Assembly: GCA_050485485.1 (NCBI GenBank)
Contig: JBJHBM010000001.1
Coordinates: forward strand, 182,343-246,342
Direction of reading: 5' to 3'
From: Alphaproteobacteria bacterium
GTDB lineage: Bacteria > Pseudomonadota > Alphaproteobacteria > SMXQ01
Length of the DNA: 64,000 bases
Positions 30,171-39,576 of this stretch are shown piece by piece. The translations under genes and the position numbers were made by a program. The notes under the pieces were generated by a model. It worked only from the letters and a program-made list of their open reading frames with translations, made no database searches and was not told where the DNA came from. Within the stretch, counting starts at the first letter, position 1. The number at the start of each line of letters is the position of its first letter.

Positions 30171-31133
30171 ATGACGACGAACCGTTTTCACGGCGGTCCC
30201 CGCCTCACCCGCAAGGCGTTTCTCCGCTCTTCCGCGGCGGCGGCCGGAGTCGCCGCACTGGGCGGCCTCGGCCTCGGCGGCCTCGCCGCACCCGCGCGCG
30301 CGGCCGGGCTGATCACGCGTCCGATCCCGTCCTCGGGCGAGCAGATTCCCATCGTCGGCCTCGGCACCGCGCGCGTGTTCGACGTGCCCGAGGGCGATTC
30401 CAAGCTGCCGACCCTCAAGGCGACGGTGGATACCTTCGTCAAGGGCGGCGGCAAGGTGATCGACTGCTCGCCCACCTACGGCCGGGCCGAGGCCGTGGTC
30501 GGCCATTTCATTCACGAGCTCGGCTACCGCGACCGCGTGTTCTACGCGACCAAGATCTCGACCGAGGGCGAAGCCAACGGTATCAGGCAGGTCGAGCAGG
30601 CGCTCAAGGAGTGGCATACGGACCGCTTCGACCTGCTGCAGGTCCACAACATCCGCGACTACGAGACCCAGATCCGGACGATCCGCCGCCTCAAGGACGA
30701 AGGCAAGGTGCGCTACATCGGCGTCACCACCTCGTTCCCGCGCGACTACGACCGTTACGTCGAGCTGCTCAAGAGGGAGAAGCTCGACACCATGCAGATC
30801 AACTATTCGGTCGAGCAGCCCGCGTCGGAAGAGCGCGTCCTGGCGGCCGCCAAGGACATCGGCATCGCCGTCATCATCAACCGCCCGTTCGCGCTGGCGG
30901 CCACCTTCCGCAAGGTCCGTGGCAAGCCGCTGCCCGAGTGGGCGGGCGAACTCGGCATCAAGAGCTGGGCCCAGTACTTCCTCAAGTTCGTGCTGAGCCA
31001 CCCGGCCGTGACCTGCGCCATCCCCGGTACCGACACACCCGAGTACATGGTGGACAACCTCGGCGCGGCGACAGGGCCGATGCCCGACGCGGCCATGCGC
31101 GACAGGATGCTGGCGCATTACAAATCGCTCTAG
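30171..31133 (+). CDS. Aldo/keto reductase with Tat-like signal peptide (RK variant), paralogue of 19713..20663
   Basis: N-terminus ..LTRKAFLRSSAAAAGVAALGGLGLGGLAAPARA. Same AKR core motifs as the paralogue (IDCSPTYGRAE, ATKIS, LQVHNI). Confidence 0.85.
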   Translation: MTTNRFHGGPRLTRKAFLRSSAAAAGVAALGGLGLGGLAAPARAAGLITRPIPSSGEQIPIVGLGTARVFDVPEGDSKLPTLKATVDTFVKGGGKVIDCSPTYGRAEAVVGHFIHELGYRDRVFYATKISTEGEANGIRQVEQALKEWHTDRFDLLQVHNIRDYETQIRTIRRLKDEGKVRYIGVTTSFPRDYDRYVELLKREKLDTMQINYSVEQPASEERVLAAAKDIGIAVIINRPFALAATFRKVRGKPLPEWAGELGIKSWAQYFLKFVLSHPAVTCAIPGTDTPEYMVDNLGAATGPMPDAAMRDRMLAHYKSL

Positions 31134-31151
31134 CCAAGGGGATGCCGGAGG

Positions 31152-31192
31152 CGGCCCGGTCCGGGGAAATCTCTCCGGGCCGGGCTTTTTTC
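31152..31192 (+). terminator. Intrinsic terminator after the second aldo/keto reductase gene
   Basis: GGCCCGGTCCGG ... CCGGGCCGGGC stem with one G-U pair, followed by TTTTTTC. Confidence 0.7.
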
Positions 31193-31316
31193 TCGCCTAT
31201 GCCGATTTGCATTGCGGTCCGGCCTAGATCGAAATAAATATCCCATCCGGGGACTGTAAAATTCAGGGGACCCTCGACATGACCGTCTCGCATACGCGCT
31301 TGCGCGCTGCGCGCCG

Positions 31317-33107
31317 TTGGCCCGTGCGGACGGCCAGGATGACGCCTTGACTGCCTACGCCGCCACGCCTGGCGATCCGTTGAAGGATGCGCTCGCCACC
31401 TCGCGCGGTGCGTTCATGGCGACGCTCGCCTTCAGCCTGTTCATCAACCTGCTGCTGTTCGTCGTGCCGCTCTACATGCTGCAGATGTACGACCGCGTGC
31501 TGTCGAGCCGCAGCATACCGACGCTGGTCCTGTTGACCGTGATTGCGGTCGGCCTGCTGGCGGTGATGGGGCTGCTGGAAGGCGTGCGCTCCCGCCTGCT
31601 GGTGCGCACCGGCGTGAAGCTCGATTCCCAGGTCAACTCGACTGTGTTCGACGCGCTGTTCCGGGGCGGCATCGCAGGCACCCAGCGCAACGCCCAGCCG
31701 CTCCGCGATCTCGAGACGGTGCGCGACTTCCTGACCGGCTCGGGCCTGATCGCGCTGTGCGATGCGCCGTGGGCGCCGCTGTTCATTGCCGTGTGCTTCC
31801 TGTTCCATCCGCTGCTCGGCTTCGTCGCGCTGGCGGGCGCGGTGGTGATCCTGGCGCTCGCTCTCGTCAACGAGAAGGCGACCCGTGCGATGCTGGTGGA
31901 AGCCTCGCGCACCAAGGTCGGCAGCACCGGCTTCGTCGACTCCTCCTTGCGCAACGCCGACGCGGTGCGCGCCATGGGCATGGCGCCTGCCATCTACCGC
32001 CGCTGGGCCGAAGGGCATGGCCGGGTGCTGGCGCTGCAGGCGGCGGCCAGCGACCGCTCGGGCGCCATCGTCGCCGCCACCAAGAGCCTCCGCATGATTC
32101 TGCAGGTCGCGGTGCTGGGCGTGGGCGCGTGGCTCGCGGTGCTGCAGGAGATCACGCCCGGCGCCATGATCGCGGCCTCGATCATCATGGCCCGCGCGCT
32201 CGCGCCGATCGAAATCGCGGTCGGCCAGTGGCGCGGCCTCGTCTCGGCCCGCAACGCCTACGGGCGGCTCGGGGCGCTGCTCGGCGCCATGCCGGCGGAA
32301 GCCGCGCACATGCGCCTGCCGCGCCCGACCGGCGCGCTCCAGGTCGAGCGGCTGGTGGCGGCGCCGCCCGGCGTCTCGAAGCCGGTGCTAAAGGGCGTCG
32401 GTTTCACCCTGCGCGCGGGCGAATCGCTCGGCATCGTCGGGCCCAGCGCGGCTGGCAAGTCCACGCTCGCCCGCGTGCTGGTGGGGGTATGGCCGGCCGA
32501 GGCCGGCAGCGTCCGCCTCGACGGTTCGGAGATCGGCCAGTGGAGTCCCGAGGAACTTGGTCCCCACGTCGGCTACCTGCCGCAGGAGGTGGATCTCTTC
32601 GCGGGCACGGTGGCGGAGAACATCGCCCGCTTCCAGGCGGTGGAGGCAGAGGCCGTGGTGGCAGCCGCGTGCAAGGCCGGTGTGCACGAGATGATCCAAC
32701 GCCTGCCCGACGGCTACGACACCGAGATCGGCGACGGGGGGCGCGGCCTGTCGGGCGGCCAGCGCCAGTGCGTCGCGCTCGCGCGCGCCCTGTTCGGCGA
32801 TCCTGCCCTGATCGTGCTCGACGAGCCCAACGCCAATCTCGACACGACCGGGGAGGGCGCGCTGGTCGCCGCGCTCGAGGCGCTGAAGAAGGAAGGCCGC
32901 ACCGTGGTCCTCATCAGCCACCGGCCGAGCGTCATCGCGCATGTGGACAAGATCATGGTGCTCAACGCGGGCACCATCGAGCGCCTGGGGGAGCGCGAAG
33001 CGGTTCTCGCCACGCTCACGCGCCCGACGCCTGTGGGCGAGCGCGCCGAGGGCGGTCCAGCGCCGGGCACCTCGATTCCGATCTCTCCCTTCAAAGGCCG
33101 GCCATGA
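31317..33107 (+). CDS. Type I secretion system permease/ATPase (PrtD/AprD class, no C39 peptidase domain)
   Basis: TTG start. LYMLQMYDRVL motif at TM1, Walker A GPSAAGKST, signature LSGGQRQ and Walker B LIVLDEP. Confidence 0.9.
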   Translation: MARADGQDDALTAYAATPGDPLKDALATSRGAFMATLAFSLFINLLLFVVPLYMLQMYDRVLSSRSIPTLVLLTVIAVGLLAVMGLLEGVRSRLLVRTGVKLDSQVNSTVFDALFRGGIAGTQRNAQPLRDLETVRDFLTGSGLIALCDAPWAPLFIAVCFLFHPLLGFVALAGAVVILALALVNEKATRAMLVEASRTKVGSTGFVDSSLRNADAVRAMGMAPAIYRRWAEGHGRVLALQAAASDRSGAIVAATKSLRMILQVAVLGVGAWLAVLQEITPGAMIAASIIMARALAPIEIAVGQWRGLVSARNAYGRLGALLGAMPAEAAHMRLPRPTGALQVERLVAAPPGVSKPVLKGVGFTLRAGESLGIVGPSAAGKSTLARVLVGVWPAEAGSVRLDGSEIGQWSPEELGPHVGYLPQEVDLFAGTVAENIARFQAVEAEAVVAAACKAGVHEMIQRLPDGYDTEIGDGGRGLSGGQRQCVALARALFGDPALIVLDEPNANLDTTGEGALVAALEALKKEGRTVVLISHRPSVIAHVDKIMVLNAGTIERLGEREAVLATLTRPTPVGERAEGGPAPGTSIPISPFKGRP

Positions 33108-34486
33108 GCCATCCGAATCCCAAATCCGAAGAGCCACCCCAGGCCGGCGTCGTGCGGCTGGACCGCCGTGCTGCCGCAGCGCCGGTGCCCGCGGCCGCGC
33201 CGTCGGACGCGCGCCGCCCCATCGCGGCGGGGCTCGCCATCGTCGCCGCGGCGTTCGGCGGCTTCGGCCTGTGGGCGCTGCTGGCGCCGCTCGATAGCGC
33301 CGTGGTCGCGCCCGGCGTGGTCGCGGTGGAAAGCAGCCGCAAGGCCGTGCAGCACAGGGAAGGGGGCATCGTCGCCGAGATTCTGGTACGCGAAGGCCAG
33401 GAGGTGGCGGCGGGCGCGGTGCTGGTGCGCCTCGACGCGACAGAGGCCCGCGCGCGCGTGGCCGCGCTTCGGGCCCGGCTCGACGCGGCGCTCACCCAGC
33501 AGGCGCGCCTGGCCGCCGAGCGCGACGATGCGAAGAGCATCGTTTTTGCCGAGGAGTTGCACACGCGCGCCGCGACGGACGCGCGGCTCGCCTCCCTGAT
33601 GACGGGAGAGGAGCGCCAGTTCGCCGAGCGCCGCCAGTCGCTCGCTGGCCAAGTGCGCATCCTGGAGCAGCGCATCGCCCAACTGCGCGAGGAGATCGCG
33701 GGACTCGCCTCCCTGGTGCTCGCCAACGAGCGCCAGACGGCGCTCATGGAGGACGAGTTGGTCGGCCTGCGCGAACTCTACGAGAAGGGCTACTATCCGC
33801 GTACCCGCATCCTCGCGATGGAACGTGAGCTGGCGCGCCTCGCGGGCGAGCGCGGCTCGAACATCGCCGCCATCGCGCGCGCTGAGAACGCCATCGGCGA
33901 ATCCCGCATGCAGATCCTCCAGCTGCGCCAGGGGCGCCAGGAGGATGTGGTGGCGCAGCTCCGCGAGGTTGCCGCGCAGATCAACGAGAACGAGGAGCAC
34001 TTTCTGGTAGCGGCCGACATGCTGCGGCGGACGGAGATCGTGGCGCCGCAGGCCGGGCGCGTGCAGGGCGTCAAGGTCCATACCGTGGGCGGCGTGGTCG
34101 CGCCGCAGGCGGAGCTGATGCAGATCGTGCCGCTGGACGACCGGCTTGTGGTCGAGGCGCGGGTCAATCCCGCCGACATCGACAACGTGGGCGTCGGCCA
34201 GGAGGCCCAGGTGCGGCTCACCGCCTTCAGCGTCCGCACGACGCCGGTGATCGAGGGACGTGTGGCGACCCTGTCCGCCGACCGCATGATCGACGAGCGC
34301 ACCAGCCAGCCCTATTACTTGGCCCGCATCGAAGTACCGGAGGAGGAACTGCGCAAGCTCTCGGACCGGCCGCTGCAGGCGGGCATGCCCGCCGACGTCA
34401 TCATCGCCACCGGCAGCCGCACCCTGTTCCAGTACCTCGTGAAGCCGCTGTCGGACGGCATCGCCACCGGCCTGCGCGAGCCCTGA
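33104..34486 (+). CDS. HlyD family type I secretion periplasmic adaptor
   Basis: ATG 33104 overlaps the ABC gene stop (ATGA). One N-terminal TM, VQHREGGIV, a long coiled-coil and a C-terminal beta domain. Track ORF 31757..34486 is a frame read-through of this gene. Confidence 0.9.
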   Translation: MSHPNPKSEEPPQAGVVRLDRRAAAAPVPAAAPSDARRPIAAGLAIVAAAFGGFGLWALLAPLDSAVVAPGVVAVESSRKAVQHREGGIVAEILVREGQEVAAGAVLVRLDATEARARVAALRARLDAALTQQARLAAERDDAKSIVFAEELHTRAATDARLASLMTGEERQFAERRQSLAGQVRILEQRIAQLREEIAGLASLVLANERQTALMEDELVGLRELYEKGYYPRTRILAMERELARLAGERGSNIAAIARAENAIGESRMQILQLRQGRQEDVVAQLREVAAQINENEEHFLVAADMLRRTEIVAPQAGRVQGVKVHTVGGVVAPQAELMQIVPLDDRLVVEARVNPADIDNVGVGQEAQVRLTAFSVRTTPVIEGRVATLSADRMIDERTSQPYYLARIEVPEEELRKLSDRPLQAGMPADVIIATGSRTLFQYLVKPLSDGIATGLREP

Positions 34487-34499
34487 GAGTCCACGAAGT

Positions 34500-35798
34500 T
34501 CAGCTGCCCAGCGCTTGGTCCATGTCGGCGATCAGGTCTTCGATGTCCTCGATCCCGGCGGAGATTCGCACCACGTCGTCGCCTGCGCCGGCCGCCGCCC
34601 GTTGCTCCGGCGAGAGTTGGCGATGGGTGGTCGAGGCCGGGTGGATAATGAGCGAGCGGGTATCCCCGATATTGGCGAGGTGGGAGAACAGGCGGCATGT
34701 TTCGACCAGCCGGCGCCCCGCCTCGTATCCCGCTTTGAGCCCGAAGGTGAACACCGCCCCCGCACCTTCCGGCAGGTACTTGCGCGCGAGCTCGTGGCAC
34801 GGGCTCGACGGCAGGCCGGCGTAGGATACCCAGGCCACGTCCTCGCGCGCCTCCAGCCACGAGGCAAGGGTGGCGGCATTGCGCGATTGGCGCGCCATGC
34901 GGAGCGTCAGCGTCTCGCAGCCGGTGAGCGTGAGGAAGGCGGTCATCGGCGCCATCGCCGGGCCGAAATCGCGCAGGCCCACCGCGTGCCCGTAGACGGT
35001 GTAGGCGAGCTTGCCGAACTTCTCCGCGAACACGGTGCCGTGATAGGCGGAGGAAGGCGCGGCGAGGGCGGGGTAGCGCGCGTCCCAGGAAAAATTGCCC
35101 GAATCCACGATGGCCCCGCCGATGGCGTTGCCGTGCCCGCCGATGAATTTCGTAGTGGAATGGACCACGATGTCGGCGCCCCATTCGATGGGGCGCATCA
35201 GGGCCGGTGTCGCCAGCGTGTTGTCCACCACCAGCGGCAGGCGCGCTTCGTGCGTGGCGGCGGCCATGCGCTCGATGTCTACAACAAGCCCGCCTGGGTT
35301 GGACAGGCTCTCGGTGAAGACGAGCCGGGTTTCGGGCCGGATCGCCGCCCGCACCGCGCCCATGTCGGTCGCGTCCACGAAGGTCGACTCCCAGCCGAGC
35401 CGCCGGAACGATTGCCCGATCTGCGTCACCGAGCCGCCGTAGAGATAGCGCGAGGCGACGATGTGCGCGCCGGGTTCCATCAGAGGCAGGAAGGCGAGGA
35501 ATTGCGCGGCGTGGCCCGAGGCGCAGGCGGTGGCGCCGACGCCGCCTTCGAGCGCGGCGAGCTTGCCTTCCAGCGCCTGGACGGTCGGGTTGGTGATGCG
35601 CGAATAGATAGGTCCGAACTCGTCGAGATCGAACAGGCGCGCGGCGTGGTCCGCGTCCTCGAAGACGTAGGACGCGGTCTGGTAGATCGGCGTGATGCGG
35701 GCGCCGGTTGCCGGGTCCGGCACCGTGCCGCCGTGGACAGCCCGCGTCGTCAGGCCGCGCATGGGCGGGGACGGGGGGCGACGCTGATCCTTGCTCAT
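34500..35798 (-). CDS. metY: O-acetylhomoserine aminocarboxypropyltransferase (sulfhydrylase)
   Basis: Cys/Met-metabolism PLP enzyme with VVHSTTKFIGGHG (PLP-Lys) and ITNPT motifs. 432 aa, typical MetY length. Confidence 0.9.
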   Translation of the reverse strand: MSKDQRRPPSPPMRGLTTRAVHGGTVPDPATGARITPIYQTASYVFEDADHAARLFDLDEFGPIYSRITNPTVQALEGKLAALEGGVGATACASGHAAQFLAFLPLMEPGAHIVASRYLYGGSVTQIGQSFRRLGWESTFVDATDMGAVRAAIRPETRLVFTESLSNPGGLVVDIERMAAATHEARLPLVVDNTLATPALMRPIEWGADIVVHSTTKFIGGHGNAIGGAIVDSGNFSWDARYPALAAPSSAYHGTVFAEKFGKLAYTVYGHAVGLRDFGPAMAPMTAFLTLTGCETLTLRMARQSRNAATLASWLEAREDVAWVSYAGLPSSPCHELARKYLPEGAGAVFTFGLKAGYEAGRRLVETCRLFSHLANIGDTRSLIIHPASTTHRQLSPEQRAAAGAGDDVVRISAGIEDIEDLIADMDQALGS

Positions 35799-35972
35799 GA
35801 TGGTCCTTCGGGGCTTGCGGGCGGGCGCGGGTAGCCAATAGCACGCTGTCCGGCTTTGGCGAAGGCTCGCGGCGAATTCTCCATGTTCGGCAGGAGTTTG
35901 TGCGGAAGCGACACCCCAATACGCTACTATTTTACATCATTCCTAACCCAAGGAAAAACCATCCGAATTGCG

Positions 35973-36000
35973 TTGACTTGGACGTTTTCGATGGCATACT
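35973..36000 (+). promoter_or_regulatory. Putative sigma70-type promoter of rplM-rpsI
   Basis: TTGACT, 16 nt spacer, CATACT, about 65 nt upstream of the rplM ATG. Confidence 0.45.
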
Positions 36001-36063
36001 CCGCGCCTCTGTAAGACGGGCCGGCGCGGCGTTGCGCGGCTGCCGCCCAACGAGGATTGGACC

Positions 36064-36528
36064 ATGAAGACCTACAATCTGCGGCCGAAGGACATCGAGA
36101 AGAAGTGGATTCTGATCGATGCCGAGGGCCTGGTGCTCGGGCGCCTCGCGGCGATCGTCGCGGACCGGCTGCGCGGCAAGCACCTTCCGGCCTACACGCC
36201 GCACATGGACTGCGGCGACAACGTCATCGTCGTCAATGCCGAGAAGGTGCGCCTCACCGGCAAGAAGCTGACCGACAAATTCTACTACCGCCATACCGGC
36301 TATCCGGGCGGCATCAAGGAGACGACCCCGGCCAAGGTGCTCGGCGGCGCCCATCCCGAGCGGGTGATCCAGCTCGCGGTCGAGCGCATGGTGCCGCGCG
36401 GGCCGCTCGGTCGCCAACAGATGAAGAACCTCCGCGTCTACGCGGGCGCGGCCCATCCCCACGAGGCCCAGAGCCCCCAGGTGCTCGACGTGGCCGGGAT
36501 GAACCGCAAGAACGTGAGGAGCAAGTAA
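36064..36528 (+). CDS. rplM: 50S ribosomal protein L13
   Basis: [17 protein letters not shown]...[10 protein letters not shown] is full-length L13. Confidence 0.97.
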   Translation: MKTYNLRPKDIEKKWILIDAEGLVLGRLAAIVADRLRGKHLPAYTPHMDCGDNVIVVNAEKVRLTGKKLTDKFYYRHTGYPGGIKETTPAKVLGGAHPERVIQLAVERMVPRGPLGRQQMKNLRVYAGAAHPHEAQSPQVLDVAGMNRKNVRSK

Positions 36529-36530
36529 TA

Positions 36531-37034
36531 ATGGCCGACCAGGACCAGGATAAGGTTCGCACGCTCGGCGATCTCGCCGACCTCGGGACGGCCACGGGGA
36601 CCGTCGCGGCGGAGCCCGCGCCGCTGCCCGAGCCCGAGATCGATGCCCAGGGCCGTTCCTACGCCACCGGCAAGCGCAAGGACGCCGTGGCGCGCGTGTG
36701 GGTGAAGCCGGGCTCCGGCAAGATCGTCATCAACGGTCGCACTGCCGAAATCTATTTCGCCCGTCCGGTGCTGCGCATGCTCATCAACCAGCCGTTCGCC
36801 GTTTCCAACCGCATGAACCAGTACGACGTCGAGTGCACGGTTGCGGGCGGCGGTCTGTCGGGCCAGGCCGGTGCCGTGCGCCACGGCATCTCCAAGGCGC
36901 TCACGCTCTATGAGCCGGCGCTGCGAAAGCCGCTCAAGCAGGTCGGCTTCCTCACCCGCGATTCGCGCGTGGTCGAGCGCAAGAAATACGGTCGCCACAA
37001 GGCGCGACGCAGCCACCAGTTCTCCAAGCGCTGA
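36531..37034 (+). CDS. rpsI: 30S ribosomal protein S9
   Basis: [13 protein letters not shown]...[19 protein letters not shown]...[16 protein letters not shown]. Internal ATG of track ORF 36057. Confidence 0.97.
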   Translation: MADQDQDKVRTLGDLADLGTATGTVAAEPAPLPEPEIDAQGRSYATGKRKDAVARVWVKPGSGKIVINGRTAEIYFARPVLRMLINQPFAVSNRMNQYDVECTVAGGGLSGQAGAVRHGISKALTLYEPALRKPLKQVGFLTRDSRVVERKKYGRHKARRSHQFSKR

Positions 37035-37060
37035 TCCGCGAGGACGGAACCGCCTTTCCG

Positions 37061-37094
37061 AAGGGCGTCCCCGCGGGGACGCCCTTCTTGTTTT
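37061..37094 (+). terminator. Intrinsic terminator after rpsI
   Basis: AAGGGCGTCCCC-GC-GGGGACGCCCTT, followed by CTTGTTTT. Confidence 0.8.
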
Positions 37095-37144
37095 GACGCC
37101 CGGCCCTCCGTATTGTGTGCCGGCTAGGAACGGAACTCTGAGCC

Positions 37145-38197
37145 ATGAACGCCACGTCCAACGCCATTCCCGTCGGAATCCTCGGCGCCTCCGGCTACAC
37201 GGGGGCGGAACTCGTGCGCCTGCTCGCGCGCCATCCGGGCGTCGAAATCCGCGCCATGACCGCCGACCGCAAGGCGGGGCAGGAGATGGGGCAGGTATTC
37301 CCGCATCTCGGCGGCGTCGCGTTGCCGAAGCTCGGCACTATCGAGAACACCGACTTCGGCGCGCTCGACACGGTGTTCCTCGGCCTGCCGCACGGCACCA
37401 CGCAGGAGGTCGTCGCGGCGCTGCCGAAGCATCTCAAGGTGATCGACCTGTCGGCCGACTTCCGCCTCAGGGACGTCGCCGCCTACAAGGAATGGTACGG
37501 CCACGCCCATAAGGCGCCGGAGCTGCAGAAGGAGGCCGTCTACGGCCTTACCGAGCACGCCCGCGACAAGGTTCGCGCGGCACGCCTGGTGGCCTGCCCC
37601 GGCTGCTATCCGACCGCCTCCATGCTGCCGCTGCTCCCGTTGCTCAAGGCGGGGCTGATCGGGACCGAGGACATCATCATCGACGCCAAGTCGGGGGTGT
37701 CGGGTGCCGGCCGCGCCGAGAAGGAGGCCAACCTGTTCGCGGAGGTGTCGGAGGGCATTCATCCTTACGGCATCGCCAACCATCGCCACGCGCCAGAGAT
37801 CGAGCAGGAGCTTTCGGCCGCCGCCGGGGCGCCGCTGACGGTCGCCTTTACGCCCCATCTCGTGCCCATGAACCGGGGCATCCTCGCCACCATCTACGTC
37901 CGGCTCGCGCAGGGTGCCGGCCCCGACGACCTGCGTGCAGCGCTCCAAGGTGCTTACGCGAAGGAGCGCTTCGTGCGCGTGGTGCCGAAGGGCGTCATTC
38001 CCGCCACGCGCCATGTGCGCGGCTCCAACCATTGCCTGATCGGCGTGTTCCCCGACCGGCTGCCGGGCCGCGCCATCCTGGTCTCGGTCATCGATAATCT
38101 GGTCAAGGGCGCGTCGGGGCAGGCCGTGCAGAACTTCAACCTGACGGCGGGGCTCGACGAGGCCACCGCGCTCGAGCAGGAGCCCCTGTTTCCCTAA
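37145..38197 (+). CDS. argC: N-acetyl-gamma-glutamyl-phosphate reductase
   Basis: GASGYTGAELVRLL Rossmann motif and active-site PGCYPTA. 350 aa. Confidence 0.93.
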   Translation: MNATSNAIPVGILGASGYTGAELVRLLARHPGVEIRAMTADRKAGQEMGQVFPHLGGVALPKLGTIENTDFGALDTVFLGLPHGTTQEVVAALPKHLKVIDLSADFRLRDVAAYKEWYGHAHKAPELQKEAVYGLTEHARDKVRAARLVACPGCYPTASMLPLLPLLKAGLIGTEDIIIDAKSGVSGAGRAEKEANLFAEVSEGIHPYGIANHRHAPEIEQELSAAAGAPLTVAFTPHLVPMNRGILATIYVRLAQGAGPDDLRAALQGAYAKERFVRVVPKGVIPATRHVRGSNHCLIGVFPDRLPGRAILVSVIDNLVKGASGQAVQNFNLTAGLDEATALEQEPLFP

Positions 38198-38205
38198 GCA
38201 ACATC

Positions 38206-38739
38206 GTGAGGACCATGCCGCTCATCCGCAGCTACAACGGCAAGACGCCGAAGATCGCCGACAGCGCCTTCGTCGCCGAGAACGCCGTCATCATCGGCGA
38301 CGTCGAGATCGGGCCCGAGGCCAACATCTGGTACGGGGTCGTGATTCGGGGCGACGTCAACCGCATCCGCATCGGCGCGCGCACCAACGTCCAGGACGGC
38401 ACGGTGATTCACGTGGATGCCGAAGGCGAGCACTGGCACGGCATCCCCACCATCGTCGGCGCGGGCGTGACCATAGGCCACAAGGCGCTGCTGCACGCTT
38501 GCACGGTGGAGGACGACGCCTTCGTCGGCATGGGCTCGATCATGCTCGACGGATCGGTGATCGAATCGGGCGGCATGCTGGCGGCTGGCGCGACGCTTAC
38601 GCCCCGCAAGCGCGTGCCGAAGGGCCAGCTCTGGGCCGGATCGCCCGCCAAGATGATGCGCGACCTCACCCCCGACGAAGTGGCCTATTTCAAGATTTCC
38701 GCCGACCACTACGTCTGGCTCGCGAACCAGTACAAGTGA
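38206..38739 (+). CDS. Gamma-carbonic-anhydrase-like left-handed beta-helix protein (YrdA/PaaY family)
   Basis: Hexapeptide repeats (FVAENAVIIGDVEIGPEANIWYGVVIRGD), with His ligands in the VIHVD and IGHKA context. Confidence 0.85.
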   Translation: MRTMPLIRSYNGKTPKIADSAFVAENAVIIGDVEIGPEANIWYGVVIRGDVNRIRIGARTNVQDGTVIHVDAEGEHWHGIPTIVGAGVTIGHKALLHACTVEDDAFVGMGSIMLDGSVIESGGMLAAGATLTPRKRVPKGQLWAGSPAKMMRDLTPDEVAYFKISADHYVWLANQYK

Positions 38740-38763
38740 CCCCTTGAAGTTGGCTGCGGGAGT

Positions 38764-39576
38764 CTAGGGAAGAAATTCCGTCACCAGCTTTGCCACTCGG
38801 TCCGGTTTCTCCAGATGCGCGGCGTGGCCCGCGTCCGCGATCACTTCGAGCGGGCGCGCGTTCGGAATCTTCTCCGCGTAGGCTTCCGCGATCGCGCGCG
38901 GTACGAAGCCGTCGTGTTCGCCCGCGATCACCAGCGCCGGGCAAGTCACGCGGTGCAGCCGGTTGACGAGCGCGCGGTGATAGAAGTAGGGCGGCTTGAA
39001 GCCGATGAAGGACGACAGTCGCAGCATCTGATAGCGCCGCACCTCGTCGTCGATGTCGCCGCGCCCGTCGGGAAACAGGCTGTGCGCGAGGGGCGAGTCC
39101 CGATCCGCGAACAGCAGGCCGCGCAGGTCGCCGTAATCGACGCCGCGCGCGGGCTGGGCCGCCATGAATACGTCGCCGATCAGCGCGCCCGGCACGAACA
39201 GGCCCGATGCGCCGATCAGGGTGAGAGAGGCGAGCCGTTCCGGGTGACGCGCCGCGATCTCGGCGGCGATCCAGCCGCCGGCGCAGTGGCCCGCCAGGTC
39301 GAAGCGCTCGAGCCCGAGCGCGTCGAACAGCTCGAGGTAGTGGAACACGGCGTCCTCGACCGTCTCGAGGTCGGGGTATTCGTCGCTTTCGGCGCAGCCG
39401 GGATGGGCCGGCGCGATCACGCTCCGTTTCGCGGCCAGCGCCTCGTGGAAGGGGAAGGGGGCGGCCTTGACCCCGTGCAGGTCGGCGAAGCCGTGGAGAT
39501 AGACCAGCGGCACGCCCGCGCCGGCTTCCCACAGGCCGACCTTGCGGCCCGCGGCCTCGACCGTGCGCGCGCTCAT
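38764..39576 (-). CDS. Alpha/beta hydrolase fold protein
   Basis: Internal ATG 39576. The expected HG oxyanion position reads YLHGFAD, and the nucleophile elbow reads GHCAGG (Cys where Ser is usual). C-terminal HAAHLE. The rest of track ORF 38764..40713 is out-of-frame read-through. Confidence 0.8.
   Translation of the reverse strand: MSARTVEAAGRKVGLWEAGAGVPLVYLHGFADLHGVKAAPFPFHEALAAKRSVIAPAHPGCAESDEYPDLETVEDAVFHYLELFDALGLERFDLAGHCAGGWIAAEIAARHPERLASLTLIGASGLFVPGALIGDVFMAAQPARGVDYGDLRGLLFADRDSPLAHSLFPDGRGDIDDEVRRYQMLRLSSFIGFKPPYFYHRALVNRLHRVTCPALVIAGEHDGFVPRAIAEAYAEKIPNARPLEVIADAGHAAHLEKPDRVAKLVTEFLP

Noticed and set aside
31757-34486. 909-aa ORF suggesting a giant fusion protein
   Set aside because: The first roughly 450 aa are an out-of-frame read of the T1SS ABC gene. 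The real HlyD gene starts at ATG 33104, overlapping the ABC stop.
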